Below are positions 40,855 through 55,662 of a DNA stretch of 64,000 bases, piece by piece. Below the pieces are notes generated by a model that was not told the origin of the DNA, did not search any database, and worked only from the letters and a program-made list of their open reading frames with translations. Numbering within the stretch: the stretch's first letter is position 1; each line of letters starts with the position of its first letter. Both the position numbers and the translations under genes were made by a program. The DNA is from Eledone cirrhosa (Eukaryota), in the NCBI GenBank assembly GCA_964016885.1, contig OZ024747.1:45818001-45882000 (forward strand), written 5' to 3'.

Positions 40855-41197
40855 GGTCCGAACACAGAGGAGCCGAACTCCCACTATCATCGCCTCATCT
40901 CTCTCGCTCTCCCCATCTCTCACTATAATGAGCAAATGGGGTCCCACATGTTGACCGCCCTACGACCCTAGCGGACAGAATGGAGAAGGCGTTTCCCCAG
41001 AGGATGGAAGAGCCATTCAATCTCGCGAGGCTCGCCAGGTCAGCACCTATGGTGGAAAGTAGGGAGGTAGCCCCAGAGCCAAGGACAACAGAAGTCTCCA
41101 CTGCTAGAGGCTCGACTGCAAACCTGTCGGAGAGCGACTGATACTTCGAGAGTTTACCCTCTTCAGCCTGAATGGCAGCAAAACCTGCGTTAGTAAA
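40855..41197 (-). mobile_element. CRE-like LINE 3' fragment
   Basis: AGFAAIQAEEGKLSKYQSLSDRFAVEPLAVETSVVLGSGATSLL...WGNAFSIL (RLE domain end) plus the shared 3' UTR. Confidence 0.8.
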
Positions 41198-41321
41198 CAT
41201 TCAATCATTTTTTTCAATTCTGTAACTTACTATTGCTGCTGCTGCTGCTACTACTACTACTACTACTACTACTATTTCTACTGCTGCTGATGATGCTGCT
41301 GTTACTGCTGCTGCTACTGTA

Positions 41322-41352
<31 letters not shown>

Positions 41353-42634
41353 ACAGGAGAGAAAGAACTAACGAGACTTACAGTGACAAGTTCCTCCCGC
41401 CTCCTGTGGCCGACTTTATGAGTTGTGAGAATTGGATGATAATAAAACTTAAAAGAAATGGCTGTTAAGTTTTATTAAGTATTTGTCTCTGAAGAACTGA
41501 TGATTGTTTAATCAGCATCATTTAATATTATTCTGAGATTTCAGATAAATTCCCTCTTATCTCATCATTTTTCCTATTTCCCTGATGGAGCAGCTATTTT
41601 GCTGAAGGGGATGAGAGATAAATTGAATTGTCAACTGCCAGAATTTGAGGGTATTCTTAAGTCTTATTGGGCAAAATTAGAGAAAGAATTTCAGTATGTT
41701 TGAAGATAATAGTAAATAAAATGAATTAGTATAGAAACTGATTAATCTTCATAAAATCTGTGTGGGTAATGTATATGTGTGCGCGCGTGTGTGTATGGAG
41801 GGGAAACTACTCCTAGAGGTTGTAACAAAACGCTGCCTGTCAAACGCATTCATCAAACGAACCATGTTGGCCAAGGATGGGTAGACTGTGAATTCTATTT
41901 GGAAACTAAAGTTAAAAGAAATACTTCAGTAAAGAAGAGATAACTTTGAAGTAATATTTGAGCTAAAGTAAACTAATTCACTTCTGCTATGGTGTATGTT
42001 GATTTAGTAAAGGTTAGGTTTCATCAGCCCAGGTGTATGTCTACTGTTAATAATAAAATTTATTAAATTTCTGCATATGACTAATTGAATACTGTATTTG
42101 GAGAAAACTATAACTGATTTATAATAATACGTGGTGAGTGCTGGGGAATAAGAGATAAGTTCACAGCCAACAAAACTTCCTGTCACGCATAATGTGTTTC
42201 ACAATTCCAGTTTCTCAACTAAACCCTGCATTCATGGGACATCATTCTCCTGAATTTTTCCGTTCCATGCTTTTCCTGCAACAATAACTAAGACATCATC
42301 AACCTATCTTGTTACACGATCCTTTAGGGTAATTTTGCTAACATTTCCACTAGCGTTCTTGGAAAAGATATTGCATGATGCTGACATCAATGGAGATGTC
42401 TTGGTGGTGATGAAGATGGTGATGGTGGTGGTATGTGTATGCGTGTGTTGGGGTTTTATCAAAATACTCTCTGCTAAAGGTATTTTGTTTAAAAGCACCG
42501 TGTTGGCCGAAGAAAACATTTAGTGATAAGAGTAAATTATTTTTCCTTTATTACTGTTTTCAACAGGAAATAAATATTTTGTAAGGGAGATTTTGTAATC
42601 GTCTGATACGCACACTTATTTTGTACGATATCAT

Positions 42635-42670
<36 letters not shown>

Positions 42671-43095
42671 AGTTAACACTTTCTCTCTACTGACCTCTTC
42701 CTCACACTTCCACTCACTCACTCACTGTTTCTCCCCTTCTCACTTCACCCCGTTCGCGACGAAAACAATTTCCTTCTTTCTTACATTGAATTCATCTCGA
42801 AAGGTCTATTTTCTACGCGCTCATATATTCACGCAGCTTATGCTGACAGAATAACTATGTAGCTTGTGCCTCTTCCTATCTACGGTTAGCTTTTCTCTTT
42901 GTTGTTTACTTGTCTCACTCGATTTACGCGTTTTAATTGTACTAATAACTTAATTTAGTTATTATTGCACCAACGTGAGGTATATGATTTTTAATGCAAT
43001 GAAATATCTATGATCGTTGGCAAATCACTGATGAGGGACTCATTTTATAACATGTTATCCATGTGCAACCTGCAGTATTCTTCTCCCCAATTTTT

Positions 43096-43185
<90 letters not shown>

Positions 43186-43305
43186 CATATATATATATAA
43201 TATATAATATTATATATATATATATATAACGAAGGCGTTGTGGTAAGGAACCAGATGGACCATGACGCACCAGAGTACTCAATACTTAGGGTAGTAGAGT
43301 GGGTA

Positions 43306-43416
43306 ATAGGAGAAAGTATGACCCCGACGGCAGAGCTCAAGCCGTTTATGGACTAAATAGTCCCGAAATAGCCGTTGAAACGGCTTGAGCTCTGCCGTCG
43401 GGGTCATACTTTCTCC

Positions 43417-43418
<2 letters not shown>
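43306..43418. repeat. ~42-bp perfect inverted repeat with an internal hairpin in the spacer
   Basis: ATAGGAGAAAGTATGACCCCGACGGCAGAGCTCAAGCCGTTT ... AAACGGCTTGAGCTCTGCCGTCGGGGTCATACTTTCTCCTAT. Related sequence occurs at ~33590-33690, ~37455-37510 and ~60110-60137. Confidence 0.85.
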
Positions 43419-43450
<32 letters not shown>

Positions 43451-44825
43451 TAAATAACAAAATAAGATGCTGAGGTTACATATATTGTTTAATCATGATA
43501 ATTATATCCACGGTTCCCCATGCAATCGAGATGTCCTTCATGATTATGAGAACGGTTTCCTCAGATGAAAATCGATATATGTGATATGTCGCTGGCAGGA
43601 AAACACACATCCTAATGCCTGTGCGCCCAGCATATAAGTTAGTTCCACAACTTTGGTTTACTAACTGTTGTGGAACTTACTTCCACCGAACTCGTCCCAT
43701 GGACTGAGGGATCTACTTACGACGGTAATGTGACATAAAATGTTCATCATTGAAACAGCTAAAAATTTAAACGCTCACCCTGAGCTGGTAATATCATAAA
43801 TCACACAGTTATTCCCGCAAGTTTTAGGTAAAACAGTTTGTATAGAAAGACACTGTTTCTGCTAATGTTTGATATAAAATCACACATATTTCTGTTTATA
43901 TGTATCCGTGACGCATCAGTATATCAGCAAACAGTTGATTACTGCATAACATACTTTTACAAATGTATAGTTTATCTTCTGAATGACATAGCGTATATTA
44001 ATTCAGTGTAATGTTATATTTGGATATTGTTATGCCTTAAGTTAGATCATATCAAAACTCAGCCATATTTGGATAAAATATGCAACACCTGGCACTATTG
44101 TATAATTTAACTGTGATAGCATGAATATATCGTAGAAAATATTTTACATAATTATACTATACCTTCAGCTAATCATTGAATTAAGGAAATTACCATCATG
44201 ATAGTCATCGATATTATTATTCATCTCATCTCCATTCAACATTAGTATCATCCACACATCGTCATTATTAATGCAATCTTGGTTGTTATGGTTGTTGTTG
44301 TTACAATATTCAATCATTATCTTTTTCGTCAGCATCTTAATCAGTAATATCTTACTTGATGATGTTGTCAATTTCAACCTCTTCCACATCACCATCATTG
44401 TCGCCTTTTACATCACTACCATCGCCATCACCACTCGCATTATAACTGTCTCTACTATTATCCCTCCTACTTCATATGTCACAATTAGTTTGTAATGTTC
44501 TGGTTCTTCAGTGAATGTACTGGAGCTTCATTTTGATTTTCAAATACTTCCACAAATATTTCGCCTTTTCTTCCACCCCATCCACTATAATTCTCGGGGT
44601 CGTGTAAAATGCGATGGATAAATTAATTTCCTTTTATAAGTGATAACATATGTGCCAGTATAAGCTGGAAAATAAAACAAACAAAAAATATAGCACTATC
44701 ATATTGCTGAAGACTGAGTCTTTAGCATTATCACTTATACTTTGTAAAGACATTGCAACTGCGAAGTGTCTCTAGTCTAAAGGAGAGTGGTTGAAAACGC
44801 ATTGTTATTTAAGGATAGAGTTAGG

Positions 44826-45047
44826 TTGGTGGATTGTCAGTATCGGCAGAGCGTTGAACAACATGCCCTGCGGCATAGAATTACGGCCCTTTACGTTCTG
44901 AGTTTAAATCCCACCGAGGTTAATTTTGCCTTTCATCCTTACGGTGTCGATGAAATGAAATACCATTAATGCACTGGAATCTATTTAGTCCACTTTACCA
45001 TTCCCTTCTAATGGCTGATCTTGTGCCAAATCTAGAAACAGTTATTT
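44826..45047 (+). mobile_element. SINE family A, older subfamily
   Basis: Diverged consensus match. Confidence 0.7.
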
Positions 45048-46002
45048 AAGGATAGGGATATTGGAATTAATACGAAACGAGTCTAAACAACAAAGATAAG
45101 AACAAATACTACTACAAGAACAATTACCACCACAAATGAGTAAGCCTGACCTGCTAGAAGTAGCAATCAAATTTCCCCTCAAATCTCACCCAATCGTTTT
45201 AGAAAAGGATATGGTACTGGGTTCCTGTACATAGGGAAAATAACGAAATGGTTTTGACTTGAATGTCTTTACTCGTAGATCTACATGATTATGGCTGAAC
45301 TAGTTCAAGAACGAGCCAACGGTGGAACATCTTCGTGGGTATTTGACCTGGTAGAATCAGCAAACATATCTTTCTCGAATCTCACCAAAGCATCTTCCAT
45401 AAATGATACCGTCGGCAATGCAGTACTTGTTTGTTGTTCATAAAAAGATTGAGTAGTGTTCACGACTGGAATGCTTTTAGTTATACGTCTGCTCGATATT
45501 AGCCAGCTTGGAGTTAAACAAGAACAATGACAATAACAGAAGTGACAAAAGTAAAATGAAAGACAGAGAAAGCAAAAAAATAATAATTAAAAAAAACATT
45601 TTAAAAAAAACAAGCAGAAAAAACATAACAAAAAAATCCAACAAATTGTCAGCTGTACAAGAAATGAATGAATTTAGAATAAATGTTGCTTTAATGTTGA
45701 CGAATTTGCTTTTTGTTGTTGGTGTATTTTATTCATTGGCAACTGATTCAAATCAATATGTATCATTGTATAGGTGAGTGAAAATAGCATGTTAACGAAG
45801 ATATAGAGAGGGAAAAGAGGAGGAGGAGAGGGAGGAAGGGAAGAAGATATATAGTGAGAGGAAGGAAAGAATGAAGGAAGAAAGCATGACAAATATTGTG
45901 TAGTCTCAACATATGATCAACACTTAAAGACTGACTCAATACAAAACAAATAAACATATTAACAAATATATAGAAAAATAGAAAGTTGAATACACGTGTA
46001 AT

Positions 46003-46140
46003 CTCTATCACATTCTCTCTCTCTATCACATTATCTCTCTCTATCACGTTCTCTCTCTCTATCACATTCTCTCTCTCTATCACGTTCTCTCTCTCTCTAT
46101 CACGTTCTCTCTCTCTATCACGTTCTCTATTACTATCACA
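46003..46140. repeat. ~18-bp minisatellite (CTCTATCAC(A/G)TTCTCTCT)n
   Basis: About 7-8 tandem units are visible. Confidence 0.85.
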
Positions 46141-46243
46141 CGCATATGTGCATTTATGCATGGAAATCTATTTATATACACGCTACACACACACACACAT
46201 ACACACACACACATACACACACACACGTATTTATATTTCTCTC

Positions 46244-46278
<35 letters not shown>

Positions 46279-46283
46279 TCATA

Positions 46284-46363
46284 CAGGGTGTCCCAAAAAT
46301 GTATACACACTATTATTAGAATGCTGCTGAAGTGTGTATATACTTTTTTGGGGACACACACTG
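46284..46363. mobile_element. 80-bp Tc1/mariner-type MITE
   Basis: TA|CAGGGTGTCCCAAAAATGTATACACACT ... AGTGTGTATATACTTTTTTGGGGACACACACTG|TA: imperfect ~28-bp TIRs and TA TSD. Confidence 0.75.
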
Positions 46364-46387
46364 TATGTTATGCACACACACACACAC

Positions 46388-46519
<132 letters not shown>

Positions 46520-46656
46520 TTGTAAATATACACATATATCTTATACAAACATATATTTGTGTATTAATGCATGCAAATATATTTTTGTTTGGATTATACA
46601 TGGTTACACATACAAGTATGTATGAATGTTTGTATGTGTGTGCAGATTTTATACAT

Positions 46657-46701
<45 letters not shown>

Positions 46702-48689
46702 CGCTTACATGCACATGATATCTACCATCCAAATTGAAATAATTCCTATGAACTAGTCAGCTGATCAGCTGGCAGTATGACCAATGAAAAGATTTTGCTA
46801 GTCAGCTGATTTGCTTTACTCACTGCTGCATAAAAGCATTCCCGTGCGTGGCATTAACGATCAATAAATATCACGAGGGAATTAAACAAATCGTTGGAGT
46901 AGGCATCAGTTGCGATAAGTGTGTAATATTTCAGATTGCTGCGATGAAAACAGCGTTGCCTGCATTCCCACGTGTCAGTTTATGCATCGGGTATGCGAAG
47001 GTAGAGGATTGGGTGTGGTGAGGAAAGCTTAGGAAAAATCTCTTTCTTTATCTCAACATTGTTCTAATGACATGGAAATCTGATCTATTTACACAATGTT
47101 CTGAAAAATATTGATTCGTGACGAACAAACGCTATGCATAAGAGGCCATTATTTCCATGCAATTTTGCATGAACACTTGCTATAAAAAGAAGCCTAGCTT
47201 CATTGATATTCATTAAAGAAATCTATGGTTTATCCAACAACACACATTAATTTCATTCGATAGACAGTGAATTTATGTTTTGAGTGCAGCAAATAGTTTT
47301 GTTCAGATATTTAAATAAAAATTTTAAACACTGTTATCTTTTGTCATTGATTTTATTAACATTTCTCTTTGATTTTGTTTGTAGAATTCTTATTTATGGG
47401 GAGCGAGAAATAAGAGGAGACGTTGTATAATTAAATCAATTAGTTACTGGAATAACTGTTTTTAATATGGTTATTTTTATACTAAAGCTAATATGTTAGT
47501 GTTGGTGAGTGAACTATCACAACTGAGTTTAAGTGAGAGATAAATTTCTTAGTTCACCAGCAGCCTTTGGTTTATGTCAAGAAAAAAGTAATTTCACAAA
47601 CACCGTTATTGTTCACAAGGTCAGGGACATCATAGAAAATCAATAGTTTCTCCTATAAATTTATATAGCCAAGTGTTTATTATTTGTTTGACAAGTCTGC
47701 AAGAGACATTTGAAGTTGTTTAGCACCTGTCAATCCGGATCGAAAACCAGATCTTTGATAAAAAGGGCTCCAGCCGTGGCTATCTCATTTTTTCAGGCAT
47801 ATCTAGGACTATATTGTGTAGAGTCTGACTCCAGTGTATAGGATGATGTGTTGTTATTTGAGGGAGATTTATCTACTGTTCTTTGCACATAGAGATCCGT
47901 TCACGCGTTGAAAGTCTAAGCGTCAATTTTTGTTTCCTGGCTGTTGCTAACTCCCTCAATTCATTGTAATCATGCCGGTAACAAGAAATGTAAATCCATA
48001 ATATAAAACTTTTAACCTTCTCCCATATCTGTATGTTCCTGACCCTTAATATATATTTTTGTTACTTAGCCCCTGCTCACAGACGATCTATCAGACCCGA
48101 GTGAGTATGGGTAAAGGCCTCATGCTATAAATCTATTTTCATTTTGTTTCTAAAGAATGTATTTAAGACTATATTATTGAATATGACGTGCATTTTTAAA
48201 GATAATATCGTGTAATTTAACGATGATTTGTCTGCTATTACTAGCAGGTTAAGTGAGCATGAGAAGGTTCTGTTGTATCTCGACATACTGGAAACAAAGC
48301 AAATCTTCTTAGAATTAACTTCTACTCTCTTGTAAAGATGTGGTAGGCTCATTGGGTAATATAGTCGTAGATACGTATAAGATAGAAGCGGGATGGTTAT
48401 GGCTGTCATATGTTTATTAAAGGGTTCTTTAATCAAGGATGACCTGGTTATAAACAAAACAAGAGTAACAGCAATGTGTATTAACCAAAATCCACATGCC
48501 TCCTTTCCTTTTGAAATGAAGCGAATTTACTTATGCCCTTCAAACTATTAAGAAAGGCATAAACAGGTCACAGTCTTAGATTAACTTCCACCCCTATCAA
48601 GTATTTCATCAGATAATTGATCACGAGGTAGAAACCCGTATTACTCGAACTATTATTTTCTAGTTGTTACAATTTTGACACTGTGTGTG

Positions 48690-48801
<112 letters not shown>

Positions 48802-49018
48802 GTAACTTTCATTATCCATTAACAATAAAAAGACGTCCGAAAAATTCATGTTGAATTCAGTCTAAGAGTAGCCTCCTCACTTCTTTAACATCCTTCAGTA
48901 CCGTAATCTAATAAAATATATACCACAGAAAGAAACATAATACATTGATTCGAGGCGGCCCATGCAAGGCTTAGTAAAAGGTCCAATCTGAAGGTGAAAT
49001 GCAAGACCCATGTGAAAT

Positions 49019-49393
49019 TGCTCATTAAGTGTTTTAACAATCTGTCCACATGATCGAAGATACTCTTCCTCCAACATTTCCTAACTTGTAGAGTGATACT
49101 AAATAGAAATAGATCAATAATATTATGTGATCTAGATTCATTTCTAGATATGGTGAACCCAATTCTTATGAACCAGAGATGACCTTTTACCTTTCATATT
49201 TACATGCTCATTAAGTGTTTTAACAATCTGTCCACATGATCGAAGATACTCTTCCTCCAACATTTCCTAACTTGTAGAGTGATACTAAATAGAAATAGTA
49301 GATCAATAATATTATGTGATCTAGATTCATTTCTAGATATGGTGAACCCAATTCTTATGAACCAGAAATGACCTTTTACCTTTCATATTTACA
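49019..49393. repeat. Recent 186-bp tandem duplication
   Basis: 49019-49204 is repeated at 49205-49393 with a 3-nt insertion and about one substitution. Confidence 0.9.
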
Positions 49394-51959
49394 TTGTAAA
49401 TAAAATATACAACAGTTTATTATATTGATGTTTAAATGATCAACTCTATATACCCAATTTGTGTTTGGTGCTTATTCAAATTCAAACTATTTGAAATCAA
49501 TATCAAACTATTTGAAAAAACGTTCCCTCTTTCTTATCGTTTTCAATAAACTTTTGTTTCCATTGCTTGAAATTTGAAATAAGATTTTATGAATGTAATA
49601 TAACAAATAAACAAAACACGGTGAAAATATGTTCTAAAATTACAAATATTTCCTTTTCCTCACAAATGGTGACAAGAAAGTTCACAGACATTCATAAAAT
49701 CTTGTAGCTGACAAAGAAAAACAATCAGAGGCATCTTGGGCAATAAATTAAAAATAACAACATTTTGAGGTCACTTCAAGGTGGTAGTCTTTAATATCTG
49801 TTTTAAAATATAAAAATAGCAACAACAATCTTATAAAATCTATCTTAATTAGTTTTCTAACATGAATTCCATTTATTTTCTATGGAAATTAATTACATGC
49901 TGACAGTTTATAGACATAAACGTTAGAAATAGTCGAATCATGGTTCAGTAAGACACATAAATAATTAGTTGGAAGTCTGTTACTAATTTACCTTGAATGG
50001 CATTGAGCAGTTTATAATTACGGAGAACATGTATATTTGAACAGCACCATGATATCATACCAATCACATCTATAGGAATAAGATATACTAGTTTCTCTTT
50101 AACTCAGTATTTCATTTTCTTTCTCTCTCCTCCCCCAACTCTGTATCTTGCCCACATACAATCACACATGCATGCTCTCTCTTTACTAATTAAGAGCATA
50201 TGCATCAGTTTTATCTAGAAAGAGACATTATTTATAGATGATTTCACAGCTGACTGAACTACCGCTATCCCCATCGCCACCTTTACTATATTAATGTCAG
50301 TTTTCCTCTACTGGAATGGAGACGACGACGTGCATTCTACTGCATATCTCCACTTCTATTCACACACTGTTGACTTATGTACGCAGTCATTTATCGCAAG
50401 GGTTTAATTCACTATGTTGTCTAATTGTCTCTTTTTGTCTACTAGCCAAAGAAAAATAATCGAATATCTATTTGTTGAATATCTATATCTTAAACGTCAT
50501 GAGTTCAAATCCACTGCGTGCCCTTTGATGATTATTTTGTCTATAATAGATTGATTTTCTGATTATCCCAGGAAAGTTGTATACCCTCAGCATCCACCCA
50601 CTCAACATAGATTTTTTTGCGTGCAGCAAACGCTGTACATAACGAATAGGACTCATTATCCATCAAAGCTATAGACATGCAGCCTAATCAGTCCGAAGGG
50701 CAAAATTGGTCATTGGTGATGATTTAATCCACTAACACCTAAGTACTGGAAGTTACCTGAGTTATCTTTTCAAAGCCTTTTATGTTCAATGTGATGAAAC
50801 AGCACAAAATGTCATACACAACACAAACAAACATAAGGAATTCAATGGTTCCTGTTTCTAAATGGTGGCATGTAGCCTATGATTTCTTTACTTATGTCTC
50901 GGTTTATCGAACTCTAACAAACGTATCTTAAAAGGAATAGCATGCATTCTAAGCAATGGTAGAAGATAAACGTATGTTAGGCTACTACACAGAGTTGAAA
51001 TGAATGAAGCTGATAGGAAACTACTTCTGTAGACCCTCACCAAGACACTAAGGAATCAATAGGATCACCAAAGGTTTGAACTCGAAAGAAAATGCAAGGT
51101 GATTAAGAAGAAAATAGAAAAGAGAGAGACATGAGTATCTGTAAACATTCATTCTCCTGATCAAATAAATGAAAATAGAATCTCAATATTTCTAGAATAG
51201 TTAAGACTACATTCATAAATTTATGAAGGACAAGTTCATGTACGAGATGTTTAGAAGATATACACTTTCATATAAGCCTTCGCTTTTCTGTTTCACTTGC
51301 ATCCATATATTTCATTGAGTCTTTGTCTGAATGTCACATATTGTCTTCTCTTTGTTTATTGGTTTTCTGATCTTCTTTTCTATCTTATCTCTCTCCGAAA
51401 AATAAAACTAATAAAAATTAGACGCATCTTACAAAATGAAAAAAAAATACAAAATGAAAAAAAATACAAAATGAAAAAAAATGATACAAAAAATACAAAA
51501 TGAAAAAAAAATGATACGAAAGGAAGTCCAACAATACAGAAATGCATTTACGATTTAAACCTTGTGATTTTTTTAATCTTCATTATTAAGAAATACTATG
51601 AAATAATATGGCTTCATAAATTTAAATGTTGGTGTTCTTAAGTTATTCTAATATGATAGAACAGACAATAGTTCATATCTTGTTTTCTTCTCCGCGAAAA
51701 TTATTAGAATGGACCAACCAAAAAAAGATTTAAAAGTGTCTTGAATTTGTATTAAACATCTTGGAATGAAATTAAATTTAAATAGAAGAAACTAAAAAAT
51801 ACAGAAAATAAAGCTATTAGTTTATAATTCTATGGTTTGTTAAATATCAAAGATTTTATTCACACAGGTACGAGATCGTTACCCATATTGTATTCCACAT
51901 TTTTTTTCAATATACAATAGAAGTGTTCTAAATCTAGCTAATGTATGCACAAGTAGAAA

Positions 51960-53363
51960 TAATTGTTTCTACTTTAGGCACAAGGCCAGCAATTACCCAG
52001 TGCATTACTGGTACTTTATTTTATCGACCCCGTAAGGATGAAAGGCAAAGTCAACCTTGGCGGGATTTGAACTCAGATCATAAAGGGACGTAACTATGCT
52101 GGAAAGCATGGCGTCCGATCCTCTACCGATACTGCCAATAGAAATAATGATTTCTAATTTAGACACAATGCTAACAATGTGTGGTGATGGAGAATGTTGA
52201 TGACAACGAGTCCAATATTTAACTGGTAAAATTTCCTCGAAACCAGAATGATGAAAGTCAAATCTGACTCCGGCGGGGTTGAACACAGAAGGAAAAGATC
52301 TGCAACAAAATACTGCAAAGCAATTTGTCCCACACTCTAACGATTCTGCCAATCCACTACTCACAAGTAGAATAATGGTTTCTGATCTAGGCATAAGACC
52401 AACAATTTTGGGGAAGGGAAAAGTCGATTAAATCGACTCGAGTATGTTAGTGATACTTTACGCCATCGATCCCATAAGGATGAAAAGCAAACCTAACCTC
52501 GGCAGGATTTGAACTTAGAACCTAAAGAGCCATAACTCTTGTTCAACGCCCTACTGCCAATTTATCGCCCTTCCACGAGTAGAAATAAAGATTTCTGATT
52601 TCGACACAAGGCCAACCATTCTGAGGGAGTGAAAAGCTGATTAAATCGACCCCAGTACTTTATTTTATCGACCTTTTAAGGATGAAAGGTAAAGCTAACT
52701 TCGGCGGAATTTGAACTCAGGACGTAAATAATCGTAACTATATGCCGCAAAGCATGTTGTCCGACGCTCCAACGATACTGCCAATCCACCACTCTCCCAC
52801 ATGTAGAAATAATAATAATTGTTTCTACTTTTGGCACAAGGCCAGCAATTATCCCAGTGTATTACTGGTACTTTATTTTATCGACCCCGTAAGGGTGAAA
52901 GGCAAAGTTAACCTCGGTGGGATTTGAACTCAGAATGGCAATAATAATGTTTTCCAAATTGAAATATTTAGCGGAATGGGTTAGCAGATTAAACCGAATC
53001 CATACTTGACTTGTATATTATTTTATCGGGCTTGGAAGCATGAATGGCAAATTTAACCTTGGTGGAATTTGGGTTTAGGACGTAAGGTGCCGGAACAAAT
53101 GCGATGAGAAGTTTGACTGACACTTTAGCAATCCTGTCAATACACTGCCCTATAATATATAACACAAATACTCGGTCTCAATTGTAGGAGGAGGGTATAG
53201 TCGATTATATCAACTCCATAACTTGACTAGATTGTTACCATGATCACTTCGAGAGGATGAAAGGCAAAATTGATCTCGGCGAGATTTATACACAAAACTT
53301 ACAGAATTGGAGCAGAAACCACAAGACATTTTGCTCCACACTCAAACAGTTTTGCCAATCCAC
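51960..53363 (-). mobile_element. Array of about 7 same-orientation SINE family A copies
   Basis: Young copy 51960-52138 (TSD TAGAAATAAT) and young truncated copy ~52818-52941 sit among older units, each preceded by CAC(A/G)(A/T)GTAGAA(A)TAA. Confidence 0.8.
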
Positions 53364-55630
53364 CTAATACTAACTTAATGAAACAGTGTATAAAATGGTT
53401 TCTGCAATAATTTCCTAGTTGAGTTCAATGAGACATATCGTGACAGTATATAACTTTCTCGCTGAGCAACACTGTTTAAGGAAATTTAAGTCATTTTTAT
53501 GATACAGTACTGAAATACCAAAGGCTTGTTTTGCTTTAATGGTTTTCTAAGCACCCAGTTAACTGAGCAGTACATTAGTAGATTATTTATAACATTGACT
53601 TGGGTTTAACACTTTGATCTTTGCATTTGATTATTATCGAACTGTTTCAGATGTGAGAAAATTACACATTTCATTTGACGCTCCATACATCAATGTAGTA
53701 ACATGGTAAGTTATATATTATTTAACTTAAAGTCGTTAACAAAGGATTAAGTTAGAGTTGTGAGCTAACAAACTCTTTCAGACTTTTATCTATGACACAA
53801 TACATCTCTTTAATTTGCAAGTAAATTAGATTTTTTGCTGATCTTTGTGGCATTTGGCAGCGTATTGGCAAAAAATAAAAAATAAAAAATAAAAAGCACA
53901 AGCTATAACAAACAATGTAAAAATGGTTTCTAACAGAGACAACAGATGGAATTTAAAAGTAAGTTTATTTTCATCTCCTTTTTTCTGTAATGATAATGTA
54001 TACATTTTTTATGACTTATAATTACCCGTAAACTTTTTTTAAGTTAAAATCACCGATACATTTTATGAATCATAATTGCAGGTGAAACTTTACAGGTCAT
54101 AATTGTGAATACACTATTTTAAACATAATAATCCTTGGTACATTCACTTTGAAATTTACCCGTTTTATGAGTTCTTCACAAAAAGATGAAAACAAAAAAT
54201 CTGAATGACTAATTAAAGCTAAGAAAATATTCAAAAGCACAATTGATTAAAATTCTTTTGTAAGTTTGCCAAAATTGATGCATATGCGGTTTTATGTGTT
54301 TTACAGTTGAGTCCAATAATGGTTCTAACCTCACCGTTTTACAGTTTGTTTTTGTATAAAATCTTGAAATAAGCAAATATTATATTTTTATCACTCAGGT
54401 TGCTTTTTAAAAAACAAAAATGTAATGTTGAATGAACAAACCCATGATCAAAAGCATTCAAGACGTGTACCCCCTACCTTTATATCAAGTATGGTATCTA
54501 GAAACATTTATCTAATAAATATTTTCCTTTTCTATACGTTACAGTATGATCTTAGAAATATTTGACTGCTCTTTCTAGCAGGCCAATCAACCACGTAGAG
54601 TTTCATCTGCTGGCTCGTATCTGCATGTAAATTTGTTAAGATCGGTGAGAAAAATACCTAAGAGAAAAAAAAACAACCAACGCTTCTACGTGGTTGGATG
54701 ATATGCTAGAAATAATAGCCAAATACCACTAAAATGTTATCTTATTTTGTTAAAAATCAAAAGAATAACACATTGAACAACATCATCTTAAATATCGTAT
54801 GAAAAGGAACAACAATAATAAAAATAAATGTTCACGAGTGGAATGTTTCTGACAACAGCACTGCTAGATCAGAGCTGAGAAATTGACGGTTACAAATGGA
54901 ATGCCATGGGTCTTTAATCTATCATATGTGATGATGGAATGAACACAACAAGTATAAAGTTTGAATATAGTTCTCAGCTCGATCCAGTCAAACGTAAGAA
55001 AGGGAAATTAGTCAGCTATACTAACTCTAGTACTTTGTGTGGTACCTATTTCATCGTTCTCGTAATATACGAAATGCAAAGTGGACATTATTTTAAACGG
55101 AGATAAAGAAGTCGAACATATATACTGTGAGGTGCTTTTGTCCAAATGTACCGCTTCACACTTGGCGTTTACCCAATTTCCCTCTCAAGATAATGGTCAA
55201 GTCGACGCTATGATTGACAGCACTTAGCAAAAGTGTTGAGTACAGTAATTGAACCTTGTAGATGTTGAGCGAACATTTTAACTATCCGTGAGCATACATA
55301 ACAAAGATAAATCAATATTATTGATGATATTGATCCGTAAACAAAGTTAAACACCTTTGAAGTTCATCAAAATGCCATAACCTACACAAGGTTTGTCAGT
55401 TTGTCACATACAGAGTTGTCAATTTGACCAACTGTCCTCCCGATATCGAGTTCAAATCCAGCTGAATACAATAGTAGATTTGAACGACTGATAAGCAATT
55501 GGATATAATTTTAGAACAGAGACACACACATACATTCATACATATACGTGCGTACATACATACATGATGATGGCTGCCCCCTCGTTAGCGAGTATGGCCA
55601 TTGCACGAGAAAAAAAAAAAAATTAATAAC

Positions 55631-55662
<32 letters not shown>

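Noticed and set aside
43028-43368. CTGATGA-GGGACT potentially pairing with AGTCCC-GAAA about 330 nt downstream
   Set aside because: The halves are in different islands separated by microsatellites, and stems I and III cannot be formed.
48895-49077. Short ORF overlapping the tandem duplication
   Set aside because: No recognisable homology; cannot be supported as an exon.
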